Below are positions 50,627 through 63,039 of a stretch of DNA of 64,000 bases, piece after piece. The notes under the pieces were generated by a model, which saw only the letters and a list, made by a program, of their open reading frames with translations, did not search any database and was not told the origin of the DNA. The DNA is from an uncultured beta proteobacterium (GTDB lineage: Bacteria > Pseudomonadota > Gammaproteobacteria > Burkholderiales > Burkholderiaceae_C). A program made the position numbers and the translations under genes. The stretch spans positions 5,903-69,902 of the forward strand of contig CAIKLM010000148.1 in assembly GCA_903828235.1 (NCBI GenBank), read 5' to 3'. Each line of letters opens with the position of its first letter. Position 1 is the stretch's first letter.

Positions 50627-51022
50627 ATGCAAATCTGGTTGACCCTCCTGCTGGCCCTGCAAGTGATCACGGCGATCGTGATGATCGGCCTCGTGCTGGT
50701 GCAGCACGGCAAGGGCGCCGACATGGGCGCCTCGTTCGGCAGCGGCGCCTCGGGCAGCCTGTTTGGCGCCAGCGGCAGCGCCAACTTCCTGTCGCGCTCC
50801 ACGGCGGCTTGCGCCACGGTGTTCTTCCTGTGCACGCTGGCCATCACCTACCTGAGCTCCACCGGCAAGGTCACGCGCGCGCAGCCCGGTGCCAGCGTGC
50901 TCGATGCGCCGCTGCCGGCGGCCAGCGCGCCCGGTGCCATCCCGGGTGCGATCCCCGGGGCCATTCCGGCCGCGCCGGGGCAGATTCCGGCGCAGCCGGC
51001 CGCGCCCGCGGCCTCGCGCTGA
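50627..51022 (+). CDS. secG: preprotein translocase subunit SecG
   Basis: LVQHGKGADMGASFGSGASGSLFG, FLSRST. Confidence 0.95.
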   Translation: MQIWLTLLLALQVITAIVMIGLVLVQHGKGADMGASFGSGASGSLFGASGSANFLSRSTAACATVFFLCTLAITYLSSTGKVTRAQPGASVLDAPLPAASAPGAIPGAIPGAIPAAPGQIPAQPAAPAASR

Positions 51023-51157
51023 AACCTGCCTGCAACAGGGGCCCAGAGAGGGGGAAACCCCCTCGTTTGTGGCTAGAATGCGAGGCTGTCCGGTGAGCCA
51101 AGACCTCATGCGAGCCGGGCGGAGATGACGCTAGACGGACCCCCCGAAGGGCACCGT

Positions 51158-51242
51158 GCCGACGTGGTGAAATTGGTAGACACGCTATCTTGAGGGGGTA
51201 GTGGCGAAAGCTGTGCGAGTTCGAGTCTCGCCGTCGGCACCA
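51158..51242 (+). tRNA. tRNA-Leu(GAG)
   Basis: Acceptor GCCGACG/CGTCGGC+ACCA, anticodon stem CTATC-TTGAGGG-GGTAG, long variable arm, GTTCGAG T-loop. TAGAAT -10 at 51074. Confidence 0.97.
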
Positions 51243-51398
51243 AGTCCTCCGTGCGGTCCGTTCCGGCACCCGATGTATCCATGAACAGCGCGCCCCGCGC
51301 CTTGAGCCTCTCGCAGTCTCCAAGAGGATCCTCCAAGGTCACACCGAAGGCGCGCTTTTTCATGCCCGTGTTTCAGCTGACGTTGGACTGACACCGAG

Positions 51399-51758
51399 AT
51401 GGACCTGCAAGCCTACCTGCCCGTCATCCTGTTCATCCTGGTGGGCGTGGCAGTCGGCGTGGCGCCGCAGGTGCTGGGCTTCATCTTCGGGCCCAACCGC
51501 CCCGACGCGGCCAAGAACAGCCCCTACGAGTGCGGCTTCGAGGCCTTCGAGGACGCGCGCATGAAGTTCGACGTGCGCTACTACCTCGTGGCGATCCTCT
51601 TCATCCTGTTCGATCTCGAGATCGCGTTCCTCTTCCCCTGGGCCGTGGCGCTGCATGACATCGGCGCGTCAGGCTTCTGGGCCATGATGGTCTTCCTGGC
51701 CATTCTCGTGGTCGGCTTCGTCTACGAGTGGAAGAAGGGCGCACTGGATTGGGAATGA
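51399..51758 (+). CDS. nuoA: NADH-quinone oxidoreductase subunit A
   Basis: [23 protein letters not shown]. Confidence 0.97.
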   Translation: MDLQAYLPVILFILVGVAVGVAPQVLGFIFGPNRPDAAKNSPYECGFEAFEDARMKFDVRYYLVAILFILFDLEIAFLFPWAVALHDIGASGFWAMMVFLAILVVGFVYEWKKGALDWE

Positions 51759-51797
51759 TGCGCGGGCAGTTCGAGCAGGGGCAGTCGGAGCAGTGGC

Positions 51798-52274
51798 ATG
51801 GGCATTGAAGGCGTTCTGAAGGAAGGCTTCGTCACCACCTCGGTCGACACGCTGGTGAACTGGTCCAAGACCGGCTCGCTATGGCCGATGACCTTCGGGC
51901 TGGCCTGCTGCGCGGTGGAGATGATGCACGCGGGTGCCGCGCGCTACGACATCGACCGGTTCGGCATGCTGTTCCGCCCCAGCCCTCGCCAGAGCGACCT
52001 GATGATCGTTGCCGGCACGCTGTGCAACAAGATGGCGCCGGCGCTGCGCAAGGTCTACGACCAGATGGCCGAGCCGCGCTGGGTGCTGAGCATGGGCTCG
52101 TGCGCCAACGGCGGCGGCTACTACCACTACAGCTACAGCGTCGTGCGCGGCTGCGACCGCATCGTGCCGGTGGACGTCTACGTGCCGGGCTGTCCGCCCA
52201 CGGCCGAGGCGCTGCTCTACGGCATCCTGCAGCTGCAGGCCAAGATCCGCCGCGAGAACACCATCGCGCGCTGA
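51798..52274 (+). CDS. nuoB: NADH-quinone oxidoreductase subunit B
   Basis: [23 protein letters not shown]. Confidence 0.97.
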   Translation: MGIEGVLKEGFVTTSVDTLVNWSKTGSLWPMTFGLACCAVEMMHAGAARYDIDRFGMLFRPSPRQSDLMIVAGTLCNKMAPALRKVYDQMAEPRWVLSMGSCANGGGYYHYSYSVVRGCDRIVPVDVYVPGCPPTAEALLYGILQLQAKIRRENTIAR

Positions 52275-52296
52275 CCCGTTGCCCGCGGAACACCCC

Positions 52297-52896
52297 ATGA
52301 CCCTGAAGCTCGACACCCTGCAGGCGGCGCTCAACAGCGTGCTGGGCGACGCCGTCACCGCGCTGAAGCGCGACCGCGGCGAGATCACCATCACCGTGCC
52401 GGCGGGCCGCTGGATCGAGGTCGCGCGCATGCTGCGCGACGATCCCCAGCTGCGCTTCGAGCAGCTGATCGACCTGGCCGGCGTGGACTGGTCGGAGTAC
52501 CGCAACGAGGGCACCGAGGGCGCGCGCTTCTCGGTCGTCGCGCACCTGCTGTCGGTGAGCCTGAACTGGCGCGTGCGCGTGCGCGTGGACTGCCCCGACG
52601 ACGACCTGCCGGCCGTGCCCTCGGTCAACGAGGTCTGGAACTCGGCCAACTGGTTCGAGCGCGAGGCCTTCGACCTCTTCGGCATCCTTTTCGAGGGTCA
52701 CCTGGACCTGCGCCGCATCCTCACCGACTACGGCTTCATCGGGCACCCGATGCGCAAGGACTTCCCGGTCAGCGGCCACGTCGAGATGCGCTACGACGCC
52801 GAGACGCGGCGCGTGATCTACCAGCCGGTCACGATCGAGCCGCGCGAGAACGTGCCGCGCGTCGTTCGCGAAGACAACTACGGCGGTCTGCACTGA
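52297..52896 (+). CDS. nuoC: NADH-quinone oxidoreductase subunit C
   Basis: [21 protein letters not shown]. Confidence 0.96.
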   Translation: MTLKLDTLQAALNSVLGDAVTALKRDRGEITITVPAGRWIEVARMLRDDPQLRFEQLIDLAGVDWSEYRNEGTEGARFSVVAHLLSVSLNWRVRVRVDCPDDDLPAVPSVNEVWNSANWFEREAFDLFGILFEGHLDLRRILTDYGFIGHPMRKDFPVSGHVEMRYDAETRRVIYQPVTIEPRENVPRVVREDNYGGLH

Positions 52897-52900
52897 AGCC

Positions 52901-54154
52901 ATGGCCGAGATCAAGAACTACACCCTGAACTTCGGGCCCCAGCACCCCGCGGCGCACGGCGTGCTGCGGCTGGTGCTCGAGCTCGACGGCGAGGTCATCC
53001 AGCGCGCCGACCCGCACATCGGGCTGCTGCACCGCGCCACCGAGAAGCTGGCCGAGCAGAAGACCTACATCCAGAGCCTGCCCTACATGGACCGCCTCGA
53101 CTACGTGTCGATGATGGCCAACGAGCACGCGTACTGCCTGGCGATCGAGAAGCTGCTGGGCATCGAGGTGCCCGAGCGCGCGCAGTACATCCGCGTGATG
53201 TACGCCGAGCTGACCAGGCTGCTGAACCACCTGCTGTGGCTGGGCTGCCATGGCCTCGACTGCGGGGCGATGAACATCCTCATCTACTGCTTCCGCGAGC
53301 GCGAGGACATCTTCGACATGTACGAGGCGGTGTCGGGCGCGCGCATGCACGCGGCCTACTTCCGCCCGGGCGGCGTCTACCGCGACCTGCCCGAGCGCAT
53401 GCCGCAGTACCAGGTCAGCCGCATCAAGAACGAGAAGGCCATCAAGGCGCTGAACGCCAACCGCCAGGGCAGCCTGCTGGACTTCATCGAGGACTTCGTC
53501 GAACGCTTCCCGAAGAACGTCGACGACTACGAGACCCTGCTCACCGACAACCGCATCTGGAAGCAGCGCACCGTGGGCGTGGGCGTCGTCAGCCCCGAGC
53601 GCGCGCTGAACCTGGGCTTCACCGGTGCCATGCTGCGCGGCAGCGGCATCGCCTGGGACCTGCGCAAGCAGCAGCCCTACGACGTCTACGACCGCATGGA
53701 CTTCGACGTGCCGGTGGGCGTCAACGGCGACACCTACGACCGCTACCTCGTGCGCATCGAGGAGATGCGCCAGAGCAACCGCATCGTCAAGCAGTGCGTG
53801 GACTGGCTGCGCGCCAACCCCGGCCCCGTGATCACCGACAACCACAAGGTGGCACCGCCCTCGCGCGTGGACATGAAGTCCAACATGGAGGAACTGATCC
53901 ACCACTTCAAGCTGTTCACCGAGGGCATGCACGTGCCCGAGGGCGAGGCCTACGCGGCGGTGGAGCACCCCAAGGGCGAGTTCGGCATCTACATCGTCAG
54001 CGACGGGGCCAACAAGCCCTACCGCCTGAAGATCCGCCCGCCGGGCTTCGTGCACCTGGCCGCGCTCGACGAGATGGCGCGCGGCCACATGATCGCCGAC
54101 GCGGTGGCGATCATCGGGACGATGGACATCGTGTTCGGCGAGATCGATCGATGA
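52901..54154 (+). CDS. nuoD: NADH-quinone oxidoreductase subunit D
   Basis: [42 protein letters not shown]. Confidence 0.97.
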   Translation: MAEIKNYTLNFGPQHPAAHGVLRLVLELDGEVIQRADPHIGLLHRATEKLAEQKTYIQSLPYMDRLDYVSMMANEHAYCLAIEKLLGIEVPERAQYIRVMYAELTRLLNHLLWLGCHGLDCGAMNILIYCFREREDIFDMYEAVSGARMHAAYFRPGGVYRDLPERMPQYQVSRIKNEKAIKALNANRQGSLLDFIEDFVERFPKNVDDYETLLTDNRIWKQRTVGVGVVSPERALNLGFTGAMLRGSGIAWDLRKQQPYDVYDRMDFDVPVGVNGDTYDRYLVRIEEMRQSNRIVKQCVDWLRANPGPVITDNHKVAPPSRVDMKSNMEELIHHFKLFTEGMHVPEGEAYAAVEHPKGEFGIYIVSDGANKPYRLKIRPPGFVHLAALDEMARGHMIADAVAIIGTMDIVFGEIDR

Positions 54155-54720
54155 TGCAGTTGAGTGATGCGACGAAGGCGCGCCCGTTGACGCTGTCGGC
54201 GGCAACCCTGGAACGGTTCGACCGCGAGGTCGCCAAGTACCCGCCCGAGCAGAAGGTCTCGGCCGTGATGGCTTGCCTGGCCATCGTGCAGCAGGAGCAG
54301 GGCTGGGTCAGCACCGAGGCCGAGGACGCCGTGGCCGCGTACCTGGGCATGCCGCCGATCGCGGTGCACGAGGTGACGACCTTCTACAACATGTACAACC
54401 AGCAGCCGGTGGGGCGCTTCAAGCTCAACGTCTGCACCAACCTGCCCTGCGCGCTTCGCGACGGCGAGCAGGCGCTGCAGCACGTGTGCCGGCGGCTGGG
54501 CGTCGAGCCCTACGGGACCACCGCCGACGGCGTGTTCACCGTGCAGCCCAGCGAGTGCCTGGGCGCCTGCGCCGACGCGCCGGTGATGCTGGTCAACGAC
54601 CGCCAGATGCTCAGCTTCATGACGAACGAGCGGCTGGACGAATTGCTCGAGTTCCTGATGGCACAACCGATCCCCACGGGGGGTCGGCCGCGGGCCACCG
54701 CGGACGAGGGGCAGACATGA
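54151..54720 (+). CDS. nuoE: NADH-quinone oxidoreductase subunit E
   Basis: [25 protein letters not shown]. Start may be TTG 54187. Confidence 0.93.
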   Translation: MMQLSDATKARPLTLSAATLERFDREVAKYPPEQKVSAVMACLAIVQQEQGWVSTEAEDAVAAYLGMPPIAVHEVTTFYNMYNQQPVGRFKLNVCTNLPCALRDGEQALQHVCRRLGVEPYGTTADGVFTVQPSECLGACADAPVMLVNDRQMLSFMTNERLDELLEFLMAQPIPTGGRPRATADEGQT

Positions 54721-56060
54721 CACTTGACCTGTCGAGGTTCCAGGCCAAGGGCATCGAGACCTGCTTCCACGGCCGCCACGTCGGCGCGCAGATCTACGCG
54801 GGTCTCGACGGTCGCAACTGGCGCTACGCCGACTACGTGGCGCGCGGCGGCTACACCGCGCTCAGGAAGATCCTGGGCCTGGACGGCGGCCCGGGCATGA
54901 CGCCCGAGCAGGTCATCGCCGAGGTCAAGGCCAGCGCGTTGCGCGGCCGGGGTGGCGCGGGCTTCCCCACCGGCCTGAAGTGGAGCTTCATGCCGCGCAA
55001 CTTCCCGGGGGCCAAGTACCTGGTGTGCAACTCCGACGAGGGCGAGCCCGGCACCTGCAAGGACCGCGACATCCTCGCCTACAACCCGCACATCGTCATC
55101 GAGGGCATGGCCATCGCCGCCTACGCGATGGGCATCCGCACGGGCTACAACTACATCCACGGCGAGATCTTCGAGATCTACGAGCGCTTCGAGCAGGCGC
55201 TCGACGAGGCCCGCGCCGCCGGCATGCTGGGCGAGCGCATCGGAGGGTCGGAGTTCAGCTTCCAGCTGCACGCCTTCCACGGCTTCGGCGCCTACATCTG
55301 CGGCGAGGAGACCGCGCTGCTCGAGAGCCTCGAGGGCAAGAAGGGCCAGCCGCGCTTCAAGCCGCCGTTCCCGGCCAGCTTCGGCCTGTACGGCAAGCCC
55401 ACGACCATCAACAACACCGAGACCTTCGCCGCGGTGCCGTGGATCATCAACCACGGCGGCCAGGCCTACCTGGAGTGCGGCAAGCCCAACAACGGCGGCA
55501 CCAAGATCTTCAGCGTGGTGGGCGACGTCAACCAGCCCGGCAACTTCGAGATCCCGCTGGGCACGCCGTTCGCCAAGCTGCTGGAGCTGGCCGGCGGGGT
55601 CAAGGGCGGCGCGCTGAAGGCCGTCATCCCCGGCGGCTCGTCGGCGCCGGTGCTGCCGGCCAAGGTGATGATGGACCTGACGATGGACTACGACGCCATC
55701 GCCAAGGCCGGCTCGATGCTGGGCTCGGGCGCGGTCATCGTGATGAACGACACCCGCTGCATGGTCAAGAGCCTGCTGCGCCTGTCCTACTTCTACCAGC
55801 ACGAGAGCTGCGGCCAGTGCACGCCCTGCCGCGAGGGCACGGGCTGGCTGTGGCGCGTGATCCACCGCATCGAGCACGGCCAGGGCCGCCCCGACGACCT
55901 GGCGCTGCTCGACAGCGTCGCCGCCAACATCAAGGGCCGCACGATCTGCGCCCTGGGCGACGCCGCCGCGATGCCGGTGGAAGGCATGCTCAAGCACTTC
56001 CGCGACGAGTTCGCACACCACGTCGAGCACAAGACCTGCGCTGTGCCGCAGTACGTCTAG
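54717..56060 (+). CDS. nuoF: NADH-quinone oxidoreductase subunit F
   Basis: [41 protein letters not shown]. Confidence 0.97.
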   Translation: MTLDLSRFQAKGIETCFHGRHVGAQIYAGLDGRNWRYADYVARGGYTALRKILGLDGGPGMTPEQVIAEVKASALRGRGGAGFPTGLKWSFMPRNFPGAKYLVCNSDEGEPGTCKDRDILAYNPHIVIEGMAIAAYAMGIRTGYNYIHGEIFEIYERFEQALDEARAAGMLGERIGGSEFSFQLHAFHGFGAYICGEETALLESLEGKKGQPRFKPPFPASFGLYGKPTTINNTETFAAVPWIINHGGQAYLECGKPNNGGTKIFSVVGDVNQPGNFEIPLGTPFAKLLELAGGVKGGALKAVIPGGSSAPVLPAKVMMDLTMDYDAIAKAGSMLGSGAVIVMNDTRCMVKSLLRLSYFYQHESCGQCTPCREGTGWLWRVIHRIEHGQGRPDDLALLDSVAANIKGRTICALGDAAAMPVEGMLKHFRDEFAHHVEHKTCAVPQYV

Positions 56061-56064
56061 CACC

Positions 56065-58407
56065 ATGGCCGAGCTCCACATCGACGGCAAGACCGTCACG
56101 GTTCCCGACGGCAGCGTGGTCATGCACGCGGCCGACGCCGCCGGCATCTACGTGCCGCATTTCTGCTATCACAAGAAGCTGTCCATCGCGGCCAACTGCC
56201 GAATGTGCCTGGTCGACATCGAGAAGATGCCCAAGCCCATGCCGGCCTGCGCCACGCCGGTGACCAACGGCATGGTGGTGCGCACGAAGTCCGACAAGGC
56301 GGTCAAGGCGCAGCAGTCGGTGATGGAGTTCCTGCTCATCAACCACCCGCTGGACTGCCCCATCTGCGACCAGGGCGGCGAGTGCCAGCTGCAGGACCTG
56401 GCCGTGGGCTACGGCGGCAGCGCCAGCCGCTACGCCGAAGAGAAGCGCGTCGTGCCCCACAAGGACGTCGGCCCGCTGATCAGCATGGAGGAGATGTCCC
56501 GCTGCATCCACTGCACGCGCTGCGTGCGCTTCGGCCAGGAGGTGGCCGGGGTGATGGAGCTGGGCATGATCCACCGCGGCGAGCACAGCGAGATCACCAC
56601 CGTCGAGGACCGCACCGTCGACAGCGAGCTGTCGGGCAACATGATCGACGTCTGCCCGGTCGGGGCGCTCACGAGCAAGCCCTTCCGCTACAGCGCGCGC
56701 ACCTGGGAGCTCAGCCGCCGCAAGAGCGTGAGCCCGCACGACAGCACCGGCGCCAACCTCATCGTCCAGGTCAAGGCCGGCGCCGTGATGCGCGTGGTGC
56801 CGCTGCAGAACGAGGACGTCAACGAGTGCTGGATCGCTGACCGCGACCGCTTCAGCTACGAGGCGCTGAATGCGCCGTCGCGCCTGCGTCAGCCCATGAT
56901 CAAGCAGGGCGGGCAGTGGCAAGCCGTGGACTGGACCACCGCGCTGCAATACGTGGCCGATGGCCTGAAGCGCGTGAAGGCCGAGTTCGGCACCTCGCAG
57001 GTCGGCGCGCTGGCCCACCCGGGCAGCACCGTCGAGGAGCTGCGCCTGCTGGCGAAGCTGGTGCGTGGCTTCGGCAGCGAGAGCGTGGACCACCGCCTGC
57101 GCCACGCCGACTTCTCCAACGCCGCGGCGCCGGGCCGGGCGCGCTGGCTGGGCCGCCCGATCGCGAGCCTGGCCACGCTGGACCGCGCCTTCGTCGTTGG
57201 CAGCTTCCTGCGCAAGGACCACCCGCTGCTGGCGCAGCGCCTGCGCCAGGCCGCACGCCGCGGCGCGCGCATCGCCAGCCTGAACGCGGTGCACGACGAT
57301 TGGGCGATGCCGCTGGCGGCCACGCTGACCGCCGCGCCCTCGCAGTGGCTGCAGCAGCTGGCCGACGTCGCCGCCGCCGTGGCGCGGCTGGCCGGCGTGC
57401 CGGCGCCGCTGCCGGCCGACCCCGGCCCGCACGCGCAGGCCGTGGCCGAGCTGCTGGCCGGCGGCTCGCAGAAGGCGCTGCTGCTGGGGCAGGCCGCGGC
57501 CCAGCACCTGCAGGCCGCGCAGCTGCTGGCCGTGGCGCACTGGATCGCCGCGCAGACCGGCGCCACCGTGGGCTACCTGGGCGACGGCGGCAATGCCGTG
57601 GGCGCGCAGCTCGTGGGTGCGCAGCCCGGCCCGGGCGGCCTGAACGCGGCGCAGATGCTGACGCAGCCCATGAAGGCGCTGCTGCTGCTGCACACCGAGC
57701 CGCAACTCGACGGCGCCGATGCCGCGGCCACCGCGGCCGCGCTGGCGCAGTCGGGCCTGGTGGTGGCGATGACGGCCTTCTTCGATGGCCCCGACAGCCC
57801 GCTGGGCCAGGCCGCCGACGTGTTGCTGCCGACGGCGCCCTTCACCGAGACCGGCGGCAGCTTCGTCAACGCCGAGGGCCGGCTGCAGGCCTTCCACGGC
57901 GTCGTCAAGCCCCTGGCCGAGACGCGCCCGGGCTGGAAGATCCTGCGTGTTCTGGGCAACCTGCTGGGCCTGCCGGGCTTCGAGCACGACAGCGTCGAGG
58001 CCGTCCGTGCCGAGGCGCTGGGCGACGTGGCCACGCTGGCGGCGCGGCTGGACAACGGCACGGCCACCCAGCCCGAGCCGGCCGCGGTGGCCGCGGCGCC
58101 CGGCGGGCTGGAGCGCATCGCCGATGTGCCGATCTACGCCACCGACATGATCGTGCGGCGCGCGACCTCGCTGCAGCTCACCGCCGACGCGCGCGAGCCG
58201 GTGGCCGGCATCCCGCCCGCGCTGTGGGCTCAGCTGGGCCTGGCCGACGGCGACCGCGTGCGCGTCTCGCAGGGGCAGGGCCATGCCGTGCTCGCCGCCC
58301 GCCGTGACGACACGCTCGCCTCCACGGCGGTGCGCGTGTCAGCCGGCCACCCGGCCACGGCCGCGCTCGGTGCGATGTTCGGCCCCCTCAGCGTCGAGAA
58401 AGCCTGA
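56065..58407 (+). CDS. nuoG: NADH-quinone oxidoreductase subunit G
   Basis: CYH...[32 protein letters not shown]. Confidence 0.96.
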   Translation: MAELHIDGKTVTVPDGSVVMHAADAAGIYVPHFCYHKKLSIAANCRMCLVDIEKMPKPMPACATPVTNGMVVRTKSDKAVKAQQSVMEFLLINHPLDCPICDQGGECQLQDLAVGYGGSASRYAEEKRVVPHKDVGPLISMEEMSRCIHCTRCVRFGQEVAGVMELGMIHRGEHSEITTVEDRTVDSELSGNMIDVCPVGALTSKPFRYSARTWELSRRKSVSPHDSTGANLIVQVKAGAVMRVVPLQNEDVNECWIADRDRFSYEALNAPSRLRQPMIKQGGQWQAVDWTTALQYVADGLKRVKAEFGTSQVGALAHPGSTVEELRLLAKLVRGFGSESVDHRLRHADFSNAAAPGRARWLGRPIASLATLDRAFVVGSFLRKDHPLLAQRLRQAARRGARIASLNAVHDDWAMPLAATLTAAPSQWLQQLADVAAAVARLAGVPAPLPADPGPHAQAVAELLAGGSQKALLLGQAAAQHLQAAQLLAVAHWIAAQTGATVGYLGDGGNAVGAQLVGAQPGPGGLNAAQMLTQPMKALLLLHTEPQLDGADAAATAAALAQSGLVVAMTAFFDGPDSPLGQAADVLLPTAPFTETGGSFVNAEGRLQAFHGVVKPLAETRPGWKILRVLGNLLGLPGFEHDSVEAVRAEALGDVATLAARLDNGTATQPEPAAVAAAPGGLERIADVPIYATDMIVRRATSLQLTADAREPVAGIPPALWAQLGLADGDRVRVSQGQGHAVLAARRDDTLASTAVRVSAGHPATAALGAMFGPLSVEKA

Positions 58408-59468
58408 TGTTCGAGCCCCTGCACACCGCCGCCAACGCGGCCCTGGGCCCCACGCTGTGGCTCGTGATCTGGACGCTGATCAAGATCGTGGCCGTGGTGC
58501 TGCCGCTGATGGGCTGCGTCGCTTACCTCACGCTGTGGGAGCGCAAGGCCATTGGCTGGAGCCAGATCCGCCCCGGCCCCAACCGCGTCGGGCCCTACGG
58601 CTTGCTCACGCCCATCGCCGATGCGGTCAAGCTGATCTTCAAGGAGATCGTGCGCCCGACGGCGGCCAACAAGCCGCTGTTCTTCCTCGGCCCCATCATG
58701 ACGATCATGCCGGCGCTGGCGGCCTGGGCGGTGATCCCGTTCGGGCCCGAGCTGGCGCTGGCCGACATCAACGCCGGGCTGCTGTTCCTGATGGCGATCA
58801 CGAGCCTGGAGGTCTACGGCGTCATCATCGCCGGCTGGGCCAGCAACTCGAAGTACGCCTTCCTGGGCGCGCTGCGCGCCAGCGCGCAGATGGTGAGCTA
58901 CGAGATCGCGATGGGCTTCTGCCTGGTCGTGGTGCTGATGGTCTCGGCGAGCATGAACCTGTCGGACATCGTCGCGCAGCAGCAGCGCGGCTACTTCGCC
59001 GACATGGGCCTCACGTTCCTCAGCTGGAACTGGCTGCCGCTGCTGCCCATCTTCGTGATCTTCTTCATCGCCGGCCTGGCGGAGACCAACCGCCACCCCT
59101 TCGACGTGGTCGAGGGCGAGAGCGAGATCGTGGCCGGCCACATGATCGAGTACTCGGGGATGTCGTTCGCGATGTTCTTCCTGGCCGAGTACGCGAACAT
59201 GATCCTCGTCAGCACGATGACGGTGCTGCTGTTCCTGGGCGGCTGGTCGTCGCCGGTCGGCTTCCTGCCCGACGGCTGGTTCTGGCTGGCGGCCAAGATC
59301 TTCGTCGTGGTGACGATGTTCCTCTGGGTGCGCGCCACGTTCCCGCGCTTCCGCTACGACCAGATCATGCGCCTGGGCTGGAAGGTGTTCATCCCGATCA
59401 CGCTGATCTGGCTGGTCGTCGTCGGCCTGTGGATGCAGACCCCGTTCAACGTGTTCAAGCCCCTGTGA
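58407..59468 (+). CDS. nuoH: NADH-quinone oxidoreductase subunit H
   Basis: ERK...[33 protein letters not shown]. Confidence 0.97.
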   Translation: MFEPLHTAANAALGPTLWLVIWTLIKIVAVVLPLMGCVAYLTLWERKAIGWSQIRPGPNRVGPYGLLTPIADAVKLIFKEIVRPTAANKPLFFLGPIMTIMPALAAWAVIPFGPELALADINAGLLFLMAITSLEVYGVIIAGWASNSKYAFLGALRASAQMVSYEIAMGFCLVVVLMVSASMNLSDIVAQQQRGYFADMGLTFLSWNWLPLLPIFVIFFIAGLAETNRHPFDVVEGESEIVAGHMIEYSGMSFAMFFLAEYANMILVSTMTVLLFLGGWSSPVGFLPDGWFWLAAKIFVVVTMFLWVRATFPRFRYDQIMRLGWKVFIPITLIWLVVVGLWMQTPFNVFKPL

Positions 59469-59481
59469 TGGAGACGCCGCG

Positions 59482-59979
59482 ATGAGCACCTTCACCGCCG
59501 TCAAGGACGTGCTGTCCAGCCTGATGCTGGCCGAGCTGTTCAAGGGCCTGAAGATCACCGGCAAGCACTTCCTGTCGCCGACGATCACGGTCCAGTTCCC
59601 GGAAGAGAAGACGCCGCAGAGCCCGCGCTTCCGCGGCCTGCACGCGCTGCGCCGCTACGACAACGGCGAGGAGCGCTGCATCGCCTGCAAGCTCTGCGAA
59701 GCCGTGTGCCCGGCGATGGCCATCACCATCGAGAGCGAGGTCCGCGCCGACGGCACGCGCCGCACCAAGCGCTACGACATCGACCTCACGAAGTGCATCT
59801 TCTGCGGCTTCTGCGAGGAGAGCTGCCCGGTGGACAGCATCGTCGAGACGCACCACTTCGAGTACCACGGCGAGAAGCGCGGCGACCTGTACTTCACCAA
59901 GGACATGCTGCTCGCGGTGGGCGACCGCTACGAGAAAGAGATCGCCGCGGCGCGCGCGGCCGACGCCAGGTATCGCTGA
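59482..59979 (+). CDS. nuoI: NADH-quinone oxidoreductase subunit I
   Basis: [24 protein letters not shown]. Confidence 0.97.
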   Translation: MSTFTAVKDVLSSLMLAELFKGLKITGKHFLSPTITVQFPEEKTPQSPRFRGLHALRRYDNGEERCIACKLCEAVCPAMAITIESEVRADGTRRTKRYDIDLTKCIFCGFCEESCPVDSIVETHHFEYHGEKRGDLYFTKDMLLAVGDRYEKEIAAARAADARYR

Positions 59980-60023
59980 ACCCGGCAGCGGCGGCGCCAC
60001 CGGTTGCCGCAGCCCGCAACAAG

Positions 60024-60653
60024 ATGAACTCGATCACAGCCCTCTTCTACGTCTTCTCGGCGGTCCTGCTGTTCGCGGGATTCCGGGTCATCACCGCGCG
60101 CAGCACGGTGCACGCGGCGCTGTACCTGGTGCTCGCGTTCTTCAGCGCCAGCTGCCTGTGGATGCTGCTGCGCGCCGAGTTCCTAGCCATCGCGCTGGTG
60201 CTGGTGTACGTGGGCGCGGTGATGGTGCTGTTCCTGTTCGTCGTGATGATGCTGGACATCAATTCCGACGCCTTCCGCGAGGGCTTCTACAAGCACCTGC
60301 CGGTGGCGGGCTTCGTGGGTGCGCTGATCGCGCTGCAGATGGCGCTGGTGCTGATGCGCGGCTTCCAGGGCGGGGCGCCCGCGGCCACCGCGCGCGAGCT
60401 CGAGGTGGGCAACACCAAGCTGCTGGGCATCGAGATCTACACCGACTACCTCTACCCGCTGCAACTGGCCGCCGTGCTGCTGCTGGTGGCCATCATCGCC
60501 GCGATCGCGCTGACGCTGCGCGAGCGCAAGGACAGCAAGCACATGGATCCGTCCGAGCAGGTGCGCGCGAAGAAGGCCGACCGGGTGCGCCTGGTGAAGA
60601 TCGCCCCGACGGTCGAGCAGCCCTCGCCGCCCCGGCAGGAAGGGGGCGCGTGA
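60024..60653 (+). CDS. nuoJ: NADH-quinone oxidoreductase subunit J
   Basis: [17 protein letters not shown]. Confidence 0.95.
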   Translation: MNSITALFYVFSAVLLFAGFRVITARSTVHAALYLVLAFFSASCLWMLLRAEFLAIALVLVYVGAVMVLFLFVVMMLDINSDAFREGFYKHLPVAGFVGALIALQMALVLMRGFQGGAPAATARELEVGNTKLLGIEIYTDYLYPLQLAAVLLLVAIIAAIALTLRERKDSKHMDPSEQVRAKKADRVRLVKIAPTVEQPSPPRQEGGA

Positions 60654-60976
60654 TGGGCTCGCTCACGCTTGGCCACTTCCTCAGCCTCGGCGGCATCCTG
60701 TTCGCGCTGTCGGTGGTCGGCATCTTCCTGAACCGCCGCAACCTGATCGTGCTGCTGATGGCCATCGAGCTGATGCTGCTGGCCGTCAACCTGAACTTCA
60801 TCGCGTTCTCGCACTTCCTGCCCCTGGAGGCCGACCGCATGGCCGGGCAGGTGATGGTGTTCTTCATCCTCACGGTGGCCGCGGCCGAGTCGGCCATCGG
60901 GCTGGCGATCCTGGTCGTGCTGTTCCGGAACCGCGCGTCGATCAACGTCGAAGAGCTGGATGAACTGAAGGGTTGA
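60653..60976 (+). CDS. nuoK: NADH-quinone oxidoreductase subunit K
   Basis: [22 protein letters not shown]. Confidence 0.95.
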   Translation: MGSLTLGHFLSLGGILFALSVVGIFLNRRNLIVLLMAIELMLLAVNLNFIAFSHFLPLEADRMAGQVMVFFILTVAAAESAIGLAILVVLFRNRASINVEELDELKG

Positions 60977-60981
60977 CGACG

Positions 60982-63003
60982 ATGGCTTCGACGCTCTCGC
61001 AAGGACTGCTGCTCACGGTGCCGCTGGCACCGCTGGCCGGCGCGCTGATCGCCGGCCTGGCCGGCCGCTGGGTGGGGCGCCGAGGCGCCCACTTCTTCAC
61101 CATCCTCGGCGTGTTCATCGCGTTCGTGTGCTCGGTCATGGTGCTGGCGCAGGTGGCGGGCGGCGCCCGCTTCAACGCCACCCTTTACGAGTGGATGGTT
61201 CTGGGCAAGCTGGTCATGGAGGTCGGCTTCCTGGTCGACGGGCTGACGGCCATGATGATGGTCGTGGTGACCTTCGTGAGCCTGATGGTGCACGTCTACA
61301 CCATCGGCTACATGGACGGCGACCCGGGCTACCAGCGCTTCTTCAGCTACATCAGCCTGTTCACCTTCAGCATGTTGATGCTCGTGATGAGCAACAACTT
61401 CCTGCAGCTGTTCTTCGGCTGGGAGGCGGTGGGCCTGGTGAGCTACCTTCTGATCGGCTTCTGGTTCAAGAAGCCCACGGCGGTGTTCGCCAACATGAAG
61501 GCCTTCCTCGTCAACCGCGTGGGCGACTTCGGCTTCATCCTGGGCATCGGCCTCATCGCGGCCTACGCCGGCACGCTGAACTACGGCGAGGCCTTCGCCA
61601 AGGCGGGCGAGCTGCAGAAGCTGCAGTTCCCGGGCACCGATTGGCAACTGCTGACCGTGGCCTGCATCTGCCTGTTCGTCGGCGCCATGGGCAAGAGCGC
61701 GCAGTTCCCGCTGCACGTGTGGCTGCCCGACTCGATGGAAGGCCCCACGCCGATCTCCGCGCTGATCCACGCCGCCACCATGGTGACGGCCGGCATCTTC
61801 ATGGTCGCGCGCATGAGCCCGCTGTTCGAGCTGTCGGACACGGCGCTGAACCTGGTGCTCGTCATCGGCGCCATCACGGCCCTGTTCATGGGCTTCCTGG
61901 GCATCATCCAGAACGACATCAAGCGCGTCGTCGCGTACTCGACGCTGAGCCAGCTGGGCTACATGACGGTGGCCCTGGGCCTGAGCGCCTACAGCGTGGC
62001 GGTGTTCCACCTGATGACGCACGCCTTCTTCAAGGCGCTGCTGTTCCTGGCCGCGGGCAGCGTGATCATCGGCATGCACCACGACCAGGACATCCGCAAC
62101 ATGGGCGGCCTGCGCAAGCACATGCCCATCACCTGGATCACCTCGCTGCTGGGCAGCCTGGCGCTGATCGGCACGCCGCTCTTCGCCGGCTTCTACAGCA
62201 AGGACAGCATCCTGATCGCGTCGCACCACAGCACGCTGCCGGGCGCCACCTTCGCGATGTGGGCCATCTACATCGGCGTGTTCGTCACGGCCTTCTATTC
62301 GTTCCGCATGTACTTCCTCGTGTTCCACGGGCAGGAGCGCTTCCATCACAAGCCGTTCCCGCCCGAGGACGACCACGCCCACGGCCACGGCGACGATCAC
62401 CACGACGCCACGCCGCACGAGTCGCCCTGGGTGGTGACGGCGCCGCTGATCCTGCTGGCCGTGCCCTCGGTGGTGATCGGCTACCTGACGATCCAGCCGC
62501 TGCTGTTCGGCGAGTTCCTCAAAGACGCGATCACGGTGAACGCGCAGGCCCACCCGGCGATGGCCGAACTGGCCAAGATGTTCCACGGTCCGGTGGCGAT
62601 GGCGCTGCACGGCGTGGTGACGCTGCCGTTCTGGCTGGCGCTGGCCGGTGTCGTGACGGCCTGGGTGTTCTACCTGAAGGCGCCGCAGATCCCGGCGGCC
62701 ATCGACCGCGCGCTCGGCCCCGTGCGCACCGTGCTCGAGAACAAGTACTACATGGACTGGTTCAACGAGCACGTGCTGGCCGCCGGCGCGCGGCTGCTGG
62801 GCACGGGCCTGTGGAAGGGCGGCGACCAGGCCGTCATCGACGGCGCCATCAACGGCTCGGCACGGGGCATCGGCGGGCTGGCCGCGCTGCTGCGGCAGGC
62901 GCAGACGGGTCGCCTGTACACCTATGCGCTGGTGATGCTGCTGGGCATCTTCGCGCTGCTGACCTGGCAGTTGTGGCCCTTCTTCAGCGGCTATCTGCGC
63001 TGA
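60982..63003 (+). CDS. nuoL: NADH-quinone oxidoreductase subunit L
   Basis: GWEAVG, KSAQFPLHVWLPDSMEGPTPISALIHAATMV, HAFFKALLFL. Alternative TTG start at 60973. Confidence 0.97.
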   Translation: MASTLSQGLLLTVPLAPLAGALIAGLAGRWVGRRGAHFFTILGVFIAFVCSVMVLAQVAGGARFNATLYEWMVLGKLVMEVGFLVDGLTAMMMVVVTFVSLMVHVYTIGYMDGDPGYQRFFSYISLFTFSMLMLVMSNNFLQLFFGWEAVGLVSYLLIGFWFKKPTAVFANMKAFLVNRVGDFGFILGIGLIAAYAGTLNYGEAFAKAGELQKLQFPGTDWQLLTVACICLFVGAMGKSAQFPLHVWLPDSMEGPTPISALIHAATMVTAGIFMVARMSPLFELSDTALNLVLVIGAITALFMGFLGIIQNDIKRVVAYSTLSQLGYMTVALGLSAYSVAVFHLMTHAFFKALLFLAAGSVIIGMHHDQDIRNMGGLRKHMPITWITSLLGSLALIGTPLFAGFYSKDSILIASHHSTLPGATFAMWAIYIGVFVTAFYSFRMYFLVFHGQERFHHKPFPPEDDHAHGHGDDHHDATPHESPWVVTAPLILLAVPSVVIGYLTIQPLLFGEFLKDAITVNAQAHPAMAELAKMFHGPVAMALHGVVTLPFWLALAGVVTAWVFYLKAPQIPAAIDRALGPVRTVLENKYYMDWFNEHVLAAGARLLGTGLWKGGDQAVIDGAINGSARGIGGLAALLRQAQTGRLYTYALVMLLGIFALLTWQLWPFFSGYLR

Positions 63004-63039
63004 GCCGCCACGCCACGACAAGAATCACAGGACGTCGAG

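Noticed and set aside
51158-51398. tRNA-Leu as an integration site
   Set aside because: No integrase and no duplicated tRNA 3' end in the window. nuoA follows directly.
60820-60850. Short insertion in the NuoK loop ([12 protein letters not shown])
   Set aside because: Small in-frame loop variation with conserved flanks. No functional inference possible.
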